60,886 nt of DNA from a virus (lineage: Duplodnaviria; Caudoviricetes). Shown here piece after piece: positions 17,751 to 27,218 of this stretch (positions are counted from its first letter, which is position 1; the number at the start of each line of letters is the position of its first letter). The stretch spans positions 1-60,886 of the IMG/VR virus record IMGVR_UViG_3300006046_000006; one strand, given 5' to 3'. The position numbers were made by a program, and so were the translations under genes. The notes under the pieces were generated by a model. The model was given only the letters and a program-made list of their open reading frames with translations. It did no database searches and was not told the DNA's origin.

Positions 17751-20214
17751 ATACTTCCTCCGGCTTTAGTTCTCGAGCGTCTCCCCAATGGGTTCCAATC
17801 TTGAGGTCTGAGATGATAGGGACATCAAGATCAACACCGAACCACTTCTTGAGCGGGAGGTTTTCCATGGTATCCTTGATGATTGGAAGAGCCAGTGGAA
17901 CATGGTCGTTGTGGATTTCGAAGTTGAGTGCATCATGTACTAGTCCTAAGCATGTCCCCTTAATCCCCTGCTCTTTAAACTGACGGTTGACCAGGATCAT
18001 TGAGATGAGATTCATATCCGAGGCGAAAGATTGCACAGGTGAGTTGATTGCTTGGCGTTCAGCTTCAGCCATGACCCCTTGATCACTGCTATAGATATCA
18101 GGGAGATGCCTCACACGTCCTATGGGCGACTGGACTCGACCGTATTGCTGTACTATTCGTCGCTGACGGTTGTGCCATCCGTAAAGCCCTCGGAATCTTT
18201 CAAAAAACGAACGTCGGATATCAGTCGCCTCTCCGATGGAGAAGACGAGCTCGTACTTCTCGAAGGCCGTAGTGACGAATTTCTTAGCTCCCATACCGTA
18301 GACGAATCCGAAGTTAACTGCCTTAGCTTTCTTACGGTCTTCCTTTGTAACTTTAGACATCGGTATGCCAAGTACCCATGATGCAGTAGCAGTATGTATA
18401 TCTTCATTCCTCTGGTAGATGCCCAGCATCGTTTTGTCTCGGCTGAGAAAAGCGACCACTCGTAGTTCAACCTGCGAGAAATCAGCCTCGACAAAGGTGA
18501 AACCAGGAGGGGCGCCAAAGAGTCCGCGGATGAAAGGGTCCCGTGGGACCTGCTGAAGATTGACTCCTCTAAGGTTCGTCTTTCCTCCAGTGATCTTCTC
18601 AGCATCCTCCTTACCAGAGGAGAGACGTCCCGTGACAGTCCCGAAGAGTTTAAAGGTGGTATGTATGCGGTCATTCTCATCCCTCAATGCGTCGTATCTG
18701 GTTACGTATGTAGAGCAATACTTCTGCCACTTCGCTCGTTCCATGAGCAGAGTGATTACTTCGTAGTTCTTGTGATTCTTCTGCGAGACCTTGAGATCCA
18801 TCATCACTGCTTCTCTTACACTCGGATCACCCAAGCTACCGTCAGACTTTTCTTTTCCTCTCTCAGTAATTGGAAAACCCAGATAGCCGAAAAGCCACCA
18901 TCGCAGGAAGTTAGAAGCATTGAAATTAACCTCCACTGGTTTTCCTTTTGAACTGGATGGCCAACCCATACTTCCGGCTTCTGGGACATGTTTCATCAAC
19001 TCCTGGTCTATCGCATCCCGCATGTCGAATGAGATCTTGATGGCATTGTCGAGGCGTTCCCGATCAATCCAGATCCCATACATCTCAGTCCCGATGAGAT
19101 CTTCGTTGGCTGGCATGATCATCAACTTGAACAACCGCAGCAACCTTGGTTGCTCGATCAGTTGTTGACGAAAGATCTTATAGAGATGGTAAGTATAGTA
19201 AGTGTCCAAAGCGTTATACCGCAGTACAATACGTAGCGGTGTATTGAGCAGGTTCTTAGTTTTGATCGCCCACCCTGGTACACCAAGAAGGATGCGAGCC
19301 AATGGCTTAAGTCCTTTAACGCGGTTTTCGTCCAGAAGGTGAGCCGCCAAGAGAGTGTCAAAAGTGACGCCAATATTAACACCGAAGCGCCTAAGCCACT
19401 TAGCATCGTACTTCCCATTGTGTGCGATCTGCTTCTTTATCTCGCAGAGATCTATGGATAGATACTTCAGAACTTTCTCCCAGGAATTTCGCCAGGGCGA
19501 TTCAGGGTGGTACAGGGGCAGGGCCCATACTTTCTCCACACCGTCATGGGTTATGCATGTGCCTGCCAGAGAGACGATAGCTGCTCCATCACTAAACTCG
19601 GTATCTCCGGTAGTCTCAATATCATAGGAGATGGTATGGCAACGACGAAGTAACTTTCGCAGCGACCTGAGTTGGGGTTTAGTGTAAACAACAGAGATCT
19701 TTGGGATGTGAACAGCGTCGGGTCGCCCAAGAACCTGAGATACGAAGAACTGGATATCAGCTTGCCATCCTGACTTCTGGCCTGGGTTACGGTTAACTGA
19801 ACCAGGGGCCACCGTAGCGACCACGTTATGTGTTTGTTGGGCCAGTACCTGACCTCGGTAATTCGTGATACCCGAATGACCTGTGAGCGCATAGAGCGCC
19901 TCGTTTCCAAAAGCCAGGATCCACTTCGGTTTGATCTTAGCTATCTCTTCCTCGAGATATGGGCGGCATGCCTTGACCTGAGGATTCTTGATATCCTGGT
20001 CGAACGTGCGGCACTTAGCGGCAGCGGTGAAGTACACCCTCCCTAAGTCCAACCCTGCGTTGACCAGCTCATCCTCGATCATCGACTGATAGTTCCCTGA
20101 GTTGGGCATCCTCGACACCACCATGATGTCCGCGCCCTTCGGCCCAAAGCCCCACTGACACACGACATCAGTGGTCTGATGCAGCTTGCACAATGTGCAG
20201 TCAGGGTTTCGCAT
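17734..20214 (-). CDS. polA: family A DNA polymerase with N-terminal UDG family-4-like domain and 3'-5' exonuclease
   Basis: ExoI YDIETTG, ExoII HNGKYD, ExoIII YNALD; TGRLSS, NLQQVP, motif A DFSQVELR, motif B RKKAKAVNFGFVYG, motif C VHDA; N-terminal CTLC...KC...C UDG-like cysteines. Confidence 0.95.
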   Translation of the reverse strand: MRNPDCTLCKLHQTTDVVCQWGFGPKGADIMVVSRMPNSGNYQSMIEDELVNAGLDLGRVYFTAAAKCRTFDQDIKNPQVKACRPYLEEEIAKIKPKWILAFGNEALYALTGHSGITNYRGQVLAQQTHNVVATVAPGSVNRNPGQKSGWQADIQFFVSQVLGRPDAVHIPKISVVYTKPQLRSLRKLLRRCHTISYDIETTGDTEFSDGAAIVSLAGTCITHDGVEKVWALPLYHPESPWRNSWEKVLKYLSIDLCEIKKQIAHNGKYDAKWLRRFGVNIGVTFDTLLAAHLLDENRVKGLKPLARILLGVPGWAIKTKNLLNTPLRIVLRYNALDTYYTYHLYKIFRQQLIEQPRLLRLFKLMIMPANEDLIGTEMYGIWIDRERLDNAIKISFDMRDAIDQELMKHVPEAGSMGWPSSSKGKPVEVNFNASNFLRWWLFGYLGFPITERGKEKSDGSLGDPSVREAVMMDLKVSQKNHKNYEVITLLMERAKWQKYCSTYVTRYDALRDENDRIHTTFKLFGTVTGRLSSGKEDAEKITGGKTNLRGVNLQQVPRDPFIRGLFGAPPGFTFVEADFSQVELRVVAFLSRDKTMLGIYQRNEDIHTATASWVLGIPMSKVTKEDRKKAKAVNFGFVYGMGAKKFVTTAFEKYELVFSIGEATDIRRSFFERFRGLYGWHNRQRRIVQQYGRVQSPIGRVRHLPDIYSSDQGVMAEAERQAINSPVQSFASDMNLISMILVNRQFKEQGIKGTCLGLVHDALNFEIHNDHVPLALPIIKDTMENLPLKKWFGVDLDVPIISDLKIGTHWGDARELKPEEVYDFSF

Positions 20215-20425
20215 TCCATGCCTCGTACAGTCGTCGTAGTTTGCAGACCCGCTCGAACTCAGAAGACCATCCGTAGGCAGTCCTGGGCAATTCACTGTAG
20301 ACCCCTTGAGCAGCTAATCCACAAGCCTCTAGCTGAGTCTTCAGCTTCTCCACGTCGCCCAGCGCATTGCTCAGGTCTTGGCGCATCTTCTCGTACTCTG
20401 CGTCATCCACTTCGATCATCGTCAC
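20201..20425 (-). CDS. hypothetical coiled-coil protein
   Basis: 74-aa ORF coupled to neighbours. Confidence 0.55.
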   Translation of the reverse strand: MTMIEVDDAEYEKMRQDLSNALGDVEKLKTQLEACGLAAQGVYSELPRTAYGWSSEFERVCKLRRLYEAWNAKP

Positions 20426-20847
20426 ACCCTGATTATATCAATACTAGCTGCTTCGAGTAAATCTTCCCCATCCCGGGTTCGATATTCATTCCTGATATAC
20501 ACCGTGCAGATTCCGGCGTTGATGATCAACTGAGCACAAGGAAGACAAGGGCTAAATGTAGTATATAACTCAGCGTCAGATAGACGTATGCCATGTTTCG
20601 CAGCGAAAGCAATAGCGTTTGCCTCCGCATGAACCGCAGTTCTGCATCCCGGGTAATCTGGCGGATCATCACTATGGTTACAATGAGGCATCCCAGCTGG
20701 GCTACCATTATAGCCAGTACTAAGTATTCTTCCCTCATGAGCAATTACCACCCCGACGTGTGCTCGAGAACAGGTGGACCTCTTAGCATATAGTTCTGCT
20801 ACCTCCATGAGAGTGAGTGGTCTAGAAGGCCGTTGGTTCATAGTCAT
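20422..20847 (-). CDS. dCMP deaminase
   Basis: RSTC.R..VG, TGYNG, HAEANAI, PCLPC. Confidence 0.93.
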   Translation of the reverse strand: MTMNQRPSRPLTLMEVAELYAKRSTCSRAHVGVVIAHEGRILSTGYNGSPAGMPHCNHSDDPPDYPGCRTAVHAEANAIAFAAKHGIRLSDAELYTTFSPCLPCAQLIINAGICTVYIRNEYRTRDGEDLLEAASIDIIRV

Positions 20848-21661
20848 CGTCTATCTCCGCCAGTAGGTTGGACATTGTGAAGGCATCTCCTTCGAAGATG
20901 TGTAGAGAACTTATGTGGCATATCATTGATCCCACACCAACATCGGCGTGCCCTGCTACGAACTGCATGAGCCGCCCCGTCATATACATGTCGTCAGCCC
21001 AGTGCCTCAGGAAGTCACAGCTTCTCATCGTGTAGGTGCAGTACAGTTTGCCTTGTCGGATCATGAAATGGTATCCTAGTGAGCAAGGGATCCTCTCACC
21101 ATGCACTGCGCCAGTATCCTCGGGAAAGAACACTGGCATATACGCCTGCCTAGTCAATGGATCCCTCACCAACAAAGAGATAACATCATTGAGATCTCCA
21201 TAGTTGAATCGAATTCCTCGGTGCGGAAACCCATACATCTCAATCTCTTTGTAGTACCACTTGCCCGCATGCTTTGGCCAGTACCTCTCAGGGTATGTGT
21301 GGGAGTATACCTCTTCCGTCTTGTGTGCGGAGTTGTTCTGCACTGCGTATGGCCACCATGCCTCTGATGGTGCGGGATTGTGTGGGATACCAGAGATTCG
21401 TTCCTGGAAATGATCTTCAGCCCAGGGTATATTTGCCTGAGTCGCTACTGCCAATTCCCTTGAACTCGGTGGAATATGCACCTCGTAGTTTACGAAGGGC
21501 AGTTCAATGGAGGGCATATCCGTGGGCTTGGCATGCCAGGTCGTGACTGGAACCTGCTGCGGTAGTGATGTCGTGGGGTGAGTCCAATAACTATTGAAGA
21601 TCTTCACCAGATGTTCGTAGATACCTGGGAAGGTATGTTCAAGTAGACTCGTCATCATCAT
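20822..21661 (-). CDS. thymidylate synthase-family enzyme (possible dCMP hydroxymethylase/methylase)
   Basis: DPLTRQA, PCSLGYHF (catalytic Cys), MRSCDF, SSLHIF; Asp at the position of E. coli ThyA Asn177. Confidence 0.85.
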   Translation of the reverse strand: MMMTSLLEHTFPGIYEHLVKIFNSYWTHPTTSLPQQVPVTTWHAKPTDMPSIELPFVNYEVHIPPSSRELAVATQANIPWAEDHFQERISGIPHNPAPSEAWWPYAVQNNSAHKTEEVYSHTYPERYWPKHAGKWYYKEIEMYGFPHRGIRFNYGDLNDVISLLVRDPLTRQAYMPVFFPEDTGAVHGERIPCSLGYHFMIRQGKLYCTYTMRSCDFLRHWADDMYMTGRLMQFVAGHADVGVGSMICHISSLHIFEGDAFTMSNLLAEIDDDYEPTAF

Positions 21662-22701
21662 TCATCGTCTCCATCATCGAGCCAGGAATCTTCCGAGGGC
21701 TTTATGAGAGTCGCCCCATAAGTTCCGCCCTCAACGAATGGGATACTGATCACTGAGAAATCCAGCGTATCGACGGTGACACTAGGAAGGGGTTGATATG
21801 CCTTGAAGAATTCTTTGTTCTGTCCCTTGTTCGGGCCTGTCTTGTAGACACTCCACCCCTCAAATTCTTGCGCCCTCTCGTACCCCAACACTTCGGTGTG
21901 GTATCTACGTCGGATCCGCCGGTAGGTATTGTAACTCATGTCTCCGAGAGACTCACCCTTCTGATCTGCCAGGATGATTTTCTTCAACCACTTACGAGTG
22001 AGCAGTAGTGCCGGGCGGTCAGCCACATAGTCCAGCAGCTCTAGTTCTTTCAGTTTGCGGTCGGACTTCATCATGTATGTGCGGAAGGTCTTTTGAACTT
22101 CAGGGTCAGGGTTGTTGAGCAGAAATGCCATAGACTTGAAGTTGTGATACTGCAGCGCTTCGATCATCCACACGAACTTGATGCGCTCGACTGGTATACC
22201 TAGCTCGTTGGCGACGTATCTTCCACACCACCAAGCGACTGACAGATCGAGTCCAGATAGATATCCAAGGTAACTTGTCCGCGAGTAGAGAGTGATCTGA
22301 GGAGCTGGCAAAGCCTTATATGAGATTGCCAGCATGCAGCTACCCCAGCGTCTCGTCTCTTGATTTCCTTTCTTGACTCCACCCCGAGCCGCAACGCTTC
22401 TTGTACGAAGCATAGCAATTCCTCGGCCCTTGGTTCCGATGTGCTTGGTGATCTTCTCGATCCACTCAATGAACTCTCCTGGCGGTATGTATTGACGCAC
22501 CATCATCGACCAACGAGACTGTGTCAACCACAACCACTTCAGATCAAACTCCCAAGCCATTGACTTAGCCTCGGCTATGACGTTGTGAATCTGAACATCA
22601 GCTGACGTGATGACATCCAGCTCAGGCTTGGTGCTCAACACCAAAGTCTTACAGAGCTTGTCGTGCATCTCAGTCATGGTACGGAATTGGTATGCGTGCA
22701 T
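21658..22701 (-). CDS. divergent thymidylate-synthase-fold protein
   Basis: GSCMLAISY...ITLYSRTSYLGYLSGLD parallels the TS PC...RSxDxxxGxxxN spacing; adjacent to the TS gene. Confidence 0.55.
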   Translation of the reverse strand: MHAYQFRTMTEMHDKLCKTLVLSTKPELDVITSADVQIHNVIAEAKSMAWEFDLKWLWLTQSRWSMMVRQYIPPGEFIEWIEKITKHIGTKGRGIAMLRTRSVAARGGVKKGNQETRRWGSCMLAISYKALPAPQITLYSRTSYLGYLSGLDLSVAWWCGRYVANELGIPVERIKFVWMIEALQYHNFKSMAFLLNNPDPEVQKTFRTYMMKSDRKLKELELLDYVADRPALLLTRKWLKKIILADQKGESLGDMSYNTYRRIRRRYHTEVLGYERAQEFEGWSVYKTGPNKGQNKEFFKAYQPLPSVTVDTLDFSVISIPFVEGGTYGATLIKPSEDSWLDDGDDE

Positions 22702-23009
22702 TAGTCGGGTAGCTTCCTTTGCATGTCGTAGGCGTCTTCCGCTTGAAGACGGAAGTAATCAGAAATCTTCAGCAATCTAGGCACCAAGCCCGGTTCACTG
22801 CCTGTCACTTTCAAAGCCTCAACCACCACCAGAATAGCGTTGGCATAAGCATCTAGAGCTGGAGGTGCGAACACATCTTGCTTACGAATGACTACCGCAT
22901 CTCTAACTGGTTCACATATGTCAATGTCTGATAGATACTTTAGATGCCAGAAATCAAACTCTTCTCGATTGAAGACGATGTACTTCTCATCAACTATCCT
23001 GCGCACCAT
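22701..23009 (-). CDS. hypothetical protein
   Basis: VVIRKQDVFAPPALDAYA; lies within the nucleotide cluster. Confidence 0.7.
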   Translation of the reverse strand: MVRRIVDEKYIVFNREEFDFWHLKYLSDIDICEPVRDAVVIRKQDVFAPPALDAYANAILVVVEALKVTGSEPGLVPRLLKISDYFRLQAEDAYDMQRKLPD

Positions 23010-23511
23010 ATTCTCTCACCTTTCGTCCGTACTCGCCTACGCAAGTTCTGTCGCAGAATGACCCCGCATATAGGGGGCTGTATAAACTGACGCCCGCCTG
23101 ATCTAGGTCCTTATGACAGTTGCGGCATCTGTTAGCCACACCATCATAGCCCGTGCGTTGTCTGTCTTGGTTAACTTGATTCTTCGCGTAATACTTCTCA
23201 GCAAACTCAGCAGCCAATGCTTCGGGAGACATGCCTGGAGAGATGCCCAGCATGATGTTCATGAAGAAGTGCCAGGCATCAACCATCTCTTTCATGAACG
23301 CTTCCCGATTGAGATGTTTGCTGGTTGCCCAAGGCTTCCACCCACACTCTCGTAGGGCCTCGTGCAGTTCGTCCTCTAGGGCGAGCACATTCGTACGAAT
23401 GTACTCCATGAGCTCAGCCCCTTCTAAGTCTCGGGGGTCGCCGATTATTCTCAATTGGAGCTGGAGCTGCTTTTCTAACATCTGGGAAATATCGGTTGGC
23501 GACGTTGACAT
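22990..23511 (-). CDS. all-alpha dimeric dUTPase/dCTPase (dUTPase_2/MazG-like) with C-terminal Cys cluster
   Basis: EDELHEA...WKPW, KEMVDAWHFF, KNQVNQDRQRTGY. Confidence 0.88.
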   Translation of the reverse strand: MSTSPTDISQMLEKQLQLQLRIIGDPRDLEGAELMEYIRTNVLALEDELHEALRECGWKPWATSKHLNREAFMKEMVDAWHFFMNIMLGISPGMSPEALAAEFAEKYYAKNQVNQDRQRTGYDGVANRCRNCHKDLDQAGVSLYSPLYAGSFCDRTCVGEYGRKVREYGAQDS

Positions 23512-24049
23512 AGCGGCTGAACTCTTCTTTCAACATGAAGGTTAGGTAGTGGATGAAATCTTCGTAGACATCTTGCGTGTAATCCCACACTATCACATTG
23601 GCTCGTGCGGCATTCTGGCAGTAGTTCGTATGGTACATCCAATAGATGCTGGAGATTGCCTTGCATACTGCCTCGTTGTCGGTATCCGACCGAAGGACAT
23701 TGCGAACTACCTCCTCGACTGGAGGCATGCAATAGATGACCAGGGGTCGAGCCTTCCAGAAATGACCCAACTGACGGATGAACCAGATCGAATCTTCGAA
23801 CCCATCTGCGAGTCTTCCCCGCATTATTGGCGCGTATATGGGTTCAGAGATCATGCGATGCCGGTCATAGATCGCAGCCCGAGGCCAAGCGAGTAGATCC
23901 TCATCGACCCATCGCTTGAGCGAGACACCTCCGATAGGGTTCGTGCTTGAATCGACCACCCTTGGTTCCACCGACATCTGGAATTGCTGACACAGCCTCA
24001 TGACTAACTGAGTCTTACCAGCACCGTCTGGTCCTTCAACAACTATCAT
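23414..24049 (-). CDS. dNMP (thymidylate-like) kinase
   Basis: IVVEGPDGAGKT P-loop; IYDRH..ISE.IY. Confidence 0.85.
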   Translation of the reverse strand: MIVVEGPDGAGKTQLVMRLCQQFQMSVEPRVVDSSTNPIGGVSLKRWVDEDLLAWPRAAIYDRHRMISEPIYAPIMRGRLADGFEDSIWFIRQLGHFWKARPLVIYCMPPVEEVVRNVLRSDTDNEAVCKAISSIYWMYHTNYCQNAARANVIVWDYTQDVYEDFIHYLTFMLKEEFSRYVNVANRYFPDVRKAAPAPIENNRRPPRLRRG

Positions 24050-24079
24050 CTTTGTCCCTTCTGCCCCTTTGACATAGTT

Positions 24080-24108
24080 ATATTATCAATAACTCGTTCT
24101 CGCGTCAA
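24080..24108 (-). promoter_or_regulatory. SigA-like promoter heading the nucleotide/polymerase operon
   Basis: TTGACG-N17-TAATAT with TGA extension; direct repeat ctcgttctcgc x2 nearby. Confidence 0.65.
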
Positions 24109-24129
24109 ATTGCTCGTTCTCGCACTAGG

Positions 24130-25626
24130 CTATTTGAACCCTCGAAGCAAGATCTCAGGTGATGCCATGATCTCCTTGACTGCCATGTCGTCACCCTGGA
24201 GGACTTCATACTGCGTCTCATCGTAGGTGCCTGTGCAGTGCAGATAGACGAAGCGGTTGGCCTTGCCTGAGAGGGCGATGCGATCCTTGGCCTGAGTGTA
24301 GTCGACGTAGGAACTTGTCAATGAATACCAGATCATAGTCGAGGCAGTCCGCAAGTCAATACCCAACGCACCGGCTTGTGGATTCATAATCATGACGGCA
24401 GGTCCGGATCTATTGCGGAAGGTCTCGATGTTTTTGGTGCGATCTCGTCGCTTTTGACCACCGTAGATAAGCTGAGGCACGACCTTATGCTCTCTCGCAA
24501 GTTTGCTAATGCTTGCAAGGTCTGCGCGGAATCGGGCACAGACAACGAGCTTTTCTTCTTGTTCGAACCAGTCTTCGAAGAGGTCATCGAGTATCCTTAG
24601 TTTCTCTTGTCCGATGCGAACTAACCGACCCTTGGGATATTTCTCGCTCGGGGCAGTTCGTGCAATGCCGGAGGTGATCTGGCAGAGGCGCAAGTTCAGC
24701 ACGAGTTTAATACTTGCCTCGGTGATCTCGCCCGTCTTGATCTTGGCGATCATCTCCTCAGCCATGTCGATGTAAACTTTGCGAGATTCCTCGAGAGGAA
24801 CGTGGATAATTTGCGGTGGGAAGTTTGCAGGAAGGTCGAAGCATTCGTCCCTCGTCACGGCAAACGAATCTGCGTGCACGAGGCGGTGAAGTGTCTTCTG
24901 ATTTCTCTCACCTAACCACTGCGGATATCCATTCTTATCAATCCACACCCCATACTTCTTCTTGAAGCTGAGCGAGGTGTGCTCTGCTATCAGGGGTGAG
25001 TCTGGCTTCATGAACTTCCACTGAGAGTACAGATCGAATACCCTCTTCTTCTTCGTGACTGCCGTGCCCGTTGATAGGATTTTGTACTCAGCCACCTTGC
25101 CCAGTCGTTGCACGGCCATTGTCTTCTTAGCGCTGGGACTTTTGATACGATGCGACTCATCCAGAATGATCAGGTTAGGTTGCCAGGCCTTCAGCTTCCT
25201 GACCACGTCAAACCGACCACCGTTTTTCTTGGATCGTTTGGGGCTTCCGTCGGGAAGTTTCCCGATAATCTCACCAGGAGTGGAGAAGGCGTCATAGTTG
25301 ATGATAACAAAGTCCAGATACTCTGTTCCATATCGAGGTAAGGCAACGGCCTTCCTTCCTTCTTTGTCCCAAATAGTTATACGGTACTTGGCTGGGCAGT
25401 GCATCTTGATCTCATCTATCCAGACGTCGATCACCGACACTGGACATACAACGAGTACCCTCGAGAGTTTGTCAGCTTGGTATAGAATCGAGGCGAAGTC
25501 GATGCAGACCTTGGTCTTACCCGTTCTCGGATCCATCAGGAGAGCGCCACCAAACTGTAATTTCAGCAACCTCCTGAGTGCAGCAACTTGATGCTTGTAC
25601 GGCTTGGTCTTAAATTTGTAGATCAT
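24130..25626 (-). CDS. SNF2-family helicase
   Basis: PYKHQ, MDPRTGKT, LVVCP, ILDESH, TGT, GIDL, Q..DRI. Confidence 0.92.
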   Translation of the reverse strand: MIYKFKTKPYKHQVAALRRLLKLQFGGALLMDPRTGKTKVCIDFASILYQADKLSRVLVVCPVSVIDVWIDEIKMHCPAKYRITIWDKEGRKAVALPRYGTEYLDFVIINYDAFSTPGEIIGKLPDGSPKRSKKNGGRFDVVRKLKAWQPNLIILDESHRIKSPSAKKTMAVQRLGKVAEYKILSTGTAVTKKKRVFDLYSQWKFMKPDSPLIAEHTSLSFKKKYGVWIDKNGYPQWLGERNQKTLHRLVHADSFAVTRDECFDLPANFPPQIIHVPLEESRKVYIDMAEEMIAKIKTGEITEASIKLVLNLRLCQITSGIARTAPSEKYPKGRLVRIGQEKLRILDDLFEDWFEQEEKLVVCARFRADLASISKLAREHKVVPQLIYGGQKRRDRTKNIETFRNRSGPAVMIMNPQAGALGIDLRTASTMIWYSLTSSYVDYTQAKDRIALSGKANRFVYLHCTGTYDETQYEVLQGDDMAVKEIMASPEILLRGFK

Positions 25627-25763
25627 CGGCGGTGTCTTGCGGCCTTCCAGAATCCTACTACCACCCCTATGATGGCAGCAATCATAACACCCAGGACAAA
25701 TATAACTACCCCTATCATAAGGAGCACGAATAACGCAAGCCACACCCAGAGTAAGAGGCTCAT
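25623..25763 (-). CDS. small membrane protein
   Basis: MSLLLWVWLALF... hydrophobic; ATGA overlaps on both sides. Confidence 0.55.
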   Translation of the reverse strand: MSLLLWVWLALFVLLMIGVVIFVLGVMIAAIIGVVVGFWKAARHRR

Positions 25764-26185
25764 ATTCCCACCCTGTCCTCCTGGATAGCCATCAACTTCC
25801 TGGCCCCACACCCGATACACTTGCATTCCTCTTGGGGGTCAGTGAATGGGTGGCTGTGTGTCTTGAAGCAGAAGTTCATCTCAGCAAGTTTCTCCACGAT
25901 CACTCGGCTCATCACCGTCTTGTACTGTGTGGGATTCGTGACTGTGCCTGAGACTACTGATGTCGGATTGCACCATGGGCAGATGATCATCTGAGTCTTA
26001 CGCCACTTGGGGGTGCGGGATTTGCCATCCTCGTAGTTATTGACCATGATCATCCGACCGCAGAAGTCGCAGTGTTTGTACTTCGGCTGGACGTTCTCAG
26101 TCATCCCATATTTCAGGGCGTGTGCCTCGAGTTTCTTGTCTTGCTTCTTTTGAGCGACTTCTTCTCGAGTTCCTCTCCGTGGCAT
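25760..26185 (-). CDS. Cys-rich hypothetical protein
   Basis: CDFC, CPWC, CKC..C; start MPRRGT with AAGGAG RBS, downstream of the promoter at 26213-26241. Confidence 0.65.
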   Translation of the reverse strand: MPRRGTREEVAQKKQDKKLEAHALKYGMTENVQPKYKHCDFCGRMIMVNNYEDGKSRTPKWRKTQMIICPWCNPTSVVSGTVTNPTQYKTVMSRVIVEKLAEMNFCFKTHSHPFTDPQEECKCIGCGARKLMAIQEDRVGI

Positions 26186-26212
26186 TTGAGTGCTCCTTGA
26201 TTGATGATGCCC

Positions 26213-26316
26213 ATTATATATGACCGGATCGACCGGATCAATCACCTTGTTCTTCTTATTCGACGAGAACAAAAAAGATCACTCAGATTGACAACTGATC
26301 GACGACGATATATGAT
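26213..26316. promoter_or_regulatory. divergent promoter pair
   Basis: Minus: TTGATC-N17-TATAAT (26213-26241); plus: TTGACA-N17-TATGAT (26288-26316). Confidence 0.75.
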
Positions 26317-26364
26317 GACATCGTAAATCACGGGGGCACCCCGCAAACTCAAAGGGAAGTATTG

Positions 26365-26901
26365 ATGGCACCAAAGACGAAGTCAAGGCCCAAGGCTGCA
26401 CCGGTAGTCGACGAAGTGGACGAACTCGACGACGATGTGGAACTCGAGGAACTTGGGGAAGAGATCGACGACACCCCCAAGAAGAAGGCAAAGCGAGCTG
26501 ACTCCCCGGATTTCGGGATTCAGGAACTCTGCGCCTTCCTCGAGCGCCAGACCGGCAAGGGCTACAAGCCGCGTGAAGTTCGCACCCTCATCCGCAAGAT
26601 GGCACGAGACGGATCGGGTCGCGTCGAACGCGAGATCGTCCCAGGCAATCGGGCACGCTACTCATGGACGGGCACCAAGGATCCTCAGGTTCAGGCGATC
26701 CTGGCTGCCGTCAAGGAGGGCGAGATCGAGTCCAGCCGCAAGGAGGCACTCGACAAGCTGAAGGTCCAAAGCAATGCCAAGAAGGATGCGAAGAAGGCTC
26801 AGGCTGACGCCAAGAACACCGCCAAGGGCAAGACCAAGGTCGCTGAGCCAGATGACGACGATGACGACGCCGATGATCTGGAAGAACTCGACGACGAATA
26901 G
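26365..26901 (+). CDS. putative DNA-binding protein with acidic/lysine-rich tails
   Basis: Only plus-strand gene in the centre of the window; own promoter and terminator; core resembles 10374..10745. Confidence 0.8.
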   Translation: MAPKTKSRPKAAPVVDEVDELDDDVELEELGEEIDDTPKKKAKRADSPDFGIQELCAFLERQTGKGYKPREVRTLIRKMARDGSGRVEREIVPGNRARYSWTGTKDPQVQAILAAVKEGEIESSRKEALDKLKVQSNAKKDAKKAQADAKNTAKGKTKVAEPDDDDDDADDLEELDDE

Positions 26902-26948
26902 ATCGAGCTAGACGAGGGGTAGTCGGTCACCCCTCACCTCGAACACCA

Positions 26949-26993
26949 AAGAAGGGCCCCTGGGTTGTGATTCCTTTCCCAGGGGCCTTTCTT
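26949..26993. terminator. bidirectional intrinsic terminator
   Basis: aagaagggcccctggg...cccaggggcctttctt hairpin between convergent genes. Confidence 0.8.
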
Positions 26994-27002
26994 CGTGTGT
27001 TA

Positions 27003-27218
27003 TCAACCGGTCGGAGGTTGTTCCTCGACATCGTCATCCGGTCCCGGCTCGCGGCCGTGCTTGCTGACGAAGCGCTCCCGATTGACTCGTTTGCGCTCCT
27101 CTTCCCACTGCTCCTCAGTCATGTCGTCAGGGCGTTGACTGCCCCGCACATGACCAGCTGGATTCGGTTGGCTTTGGTCGGGTCGACCTTGACTTCCCGG
27201 GTCTGTTGGCTTGGGCAT
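27003..27218 (-). CDS. small hydrophilic hypothetical protein
   Basis: 71-aa ORF with AAGGAG RBS. Confidence 0.6.
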   Translation of the reverse strand: MPKPTDPGSQGRPDQSQPNPAGHVRGSQRPDDMTEEQWEEERKRVNRERFVSKHGREPGPDDDVEEQPPTG

